A DNA stretch of 61,904 nt, filler included, from Platydemus manokwari (Eukaryota), in the NCBI GenBank assembly GCA_037951405.1. It is 5 parts of 5 records of this genome, joined end to end, with 100 filler letters (N's around TTAATTAATTAA, not from the genome) between each part and the next. Parts side by side here need not be neighbours in the genome. Positions count along the whole stretch, not along the records: positions 51,617 to 61,904 come from JBBMOY011148882.1; 4 more parts are not named here. One strand, written 5' to 3'. The notes beneath the pieces are model-generated. The model was given only the letters and a program-made list of their open reading frames with translations. It did no database searches and was not told where the DNA came from. Of this stretch, positions 60,152 to 61,904 are shown one piece after another. The translations under genes and the position numbers were made by a program. Every line of letters begins with the position of its first letter. The first letter of the stretch is position 1.

Positions 60152-61904
60152 GAAAAATTCTATTCACAGAAATTTAAAGTTAGGCGAATAAAAATATACA
60201 TAAAATGTACTGAAACTAAAAACTAATTTAAAGAAATGCAAAATTCACTCAATCATAAAAATTTTAAATATAGAAAAATTAAAGTTTGTTTTGATTGTAT
60301 TAATACATCAAATTTGTCCACCATAACAAATCCTAAAATTTAAATAAATATGCAGATAAAATGGATGCAAATGTTGCTAATTAAGGCACAATGTTGCTTA
60401 AAATAAAATATAAGCAAAACTAGTAACAATATATTTTAAGCATATTAAAACACTAAAATCTTATAAATTAGTGTATACGCGGGGGACTATCATATTTCTC
60501 AACATTTAATTTTGCCAAAAAGACAATCACATAAATTTGAAATAAGAAAACGAATAACTAGCTTAAATCACTTGATCACGAAAATTTGAACTCAAAGAAA
60601 ATATTTTACTATTCTTAATTAAATTTGAATCCCGTGTTAATTTTAGCCTTATGATTTCTTAAAATCGTCGAAGCAAATGCTTATTTATCCATCACTATCT
60701 TTTTTAAGAAGAGCACCGATCATATAAGTAGTACACCATATACTGTTGTCGATAATGGTAATGTCAGAACTGTTGGGTTATCAATGTTGGCTTGATTGAT
60801 TGTGGTTGAAAAGATCTCTAATTTAAATGTTAAAACCGGTTTGTACGTTGAATTCTATTATTATTAATAGATTTAATAGTACACTCGACTCCAAAAGGTG
60901 TATGTAAATAGAAATTATAAATGATAAGTTTGAATTATTTAATAACAATATGCCAAATTCCTGAATAAGATTTAATTAAAGCAACAATAATTACATATTC
61001 AAATCTTGTACAATAATCTAATAATCACTACTAAAAATACTAGCAAATGGTAGCAATTAATAGCATATAACCAGGTTTTTTAGATATTATAGAATTTTGA
61101 TTAATTGCTTGATTCATTTCTATCGTCTCATTCTATAAAGATAAAAATGTAGTTTGTTCGGCTTCTTATGGCTATGCCAGTAAGATCTCTCAAAAATAAG
61201 TTTGTAGATGGTTAGAACTAAAATCAACGTAACTACTGAACTTGGTTTGTTTTATTGATTTTAAGATTTTATATTTTGATTTTAATTTTTAGTTGAACTG
61301 GTTTTAGTCTAGAAATGACGTGATGTAGATAAATATTTTATCAAAGTATGGATTTTAAATAATATGATAAAGCTTTTGAAAAAATAAATAAATCAATAAG
61401 AAGTCTTACGTCACTTGATACAAAATTTCAGAAAATTTTAAATTCCTGAGGATAACAAAATTGTATAATTGTATAGAATTCCCTGTTTGTTGAGTAAATG
61501 AATCCGCTGATTAAATAATTATCAAAATATCGAATTTAGAGTTGACTAAGGCTCGTTTATAAGGGGTTGAAATCAAGGTAGATTTCGTTTATTTTCCTTT
61601 TCTTCTCTGATTATTACGAGATTAATATCAATTTATAGTCCGTTGTAGAATTTCACTTGAACAAAACGTTTCAAATTTCGCTAGATACTTCAGTCAAAAT
61701 TTTAGTTTCACAAATTCTTGAGTGTGAATAATTAATCTGGCGAACATTATTATTAAATTGCCTTATTTGTATTAAGTATTTAATCTTTATTATGTTTTTC
61801 TGTTATTTTGGGATTTTATTATTACTATTTTTATCCTTTTAATTTACCACGTAGTTATTTTTAGTATCTTTATAAATTTGATTATATTTTAGGTTTTATT
61901 TTAT

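Overview
Very AT-rich, intron-containing animal genomic DNA, with many 44-60 nt GT-AG introns. It resembles a planarian/flatworm genome, but that is inference only. The window is five contigs joined by artificial 100-nt spacers (44 N + TTAATTAATTAA + 44 N), so linkage across spacers is not trustworthy. I spliced these host genes by hand: a 3'-incomplete WASP/N-WASP (WH1-basic-CRIB-polyPro-WH2), a compact SEL1-repeat DELE1-like gene, the WD40 half of a divergent Groucho/TLE, a secreted C-type lectin + PAN/apple gene with two decayed paralogues, and a 12-exon AKNA/AKNAD1-like gene. The rest is transposon debris: mariner, Tc1 IR/DR end, hAT ends, a GGC-terminated MITE (2 copies), Gypsy pol, Maverick pPolB, LINE and R2/NeSL-like fragments. 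The most striking element is a 5'-truncated LTR retrotransposon (16993-~20830, minus strand). In the env position it carries two signal-peptide ORFs. One has a putative sense-strand spliceosomal intron, a short env/F-like motif and no membrane anchor. The other has acidic and NLS-like tracts.
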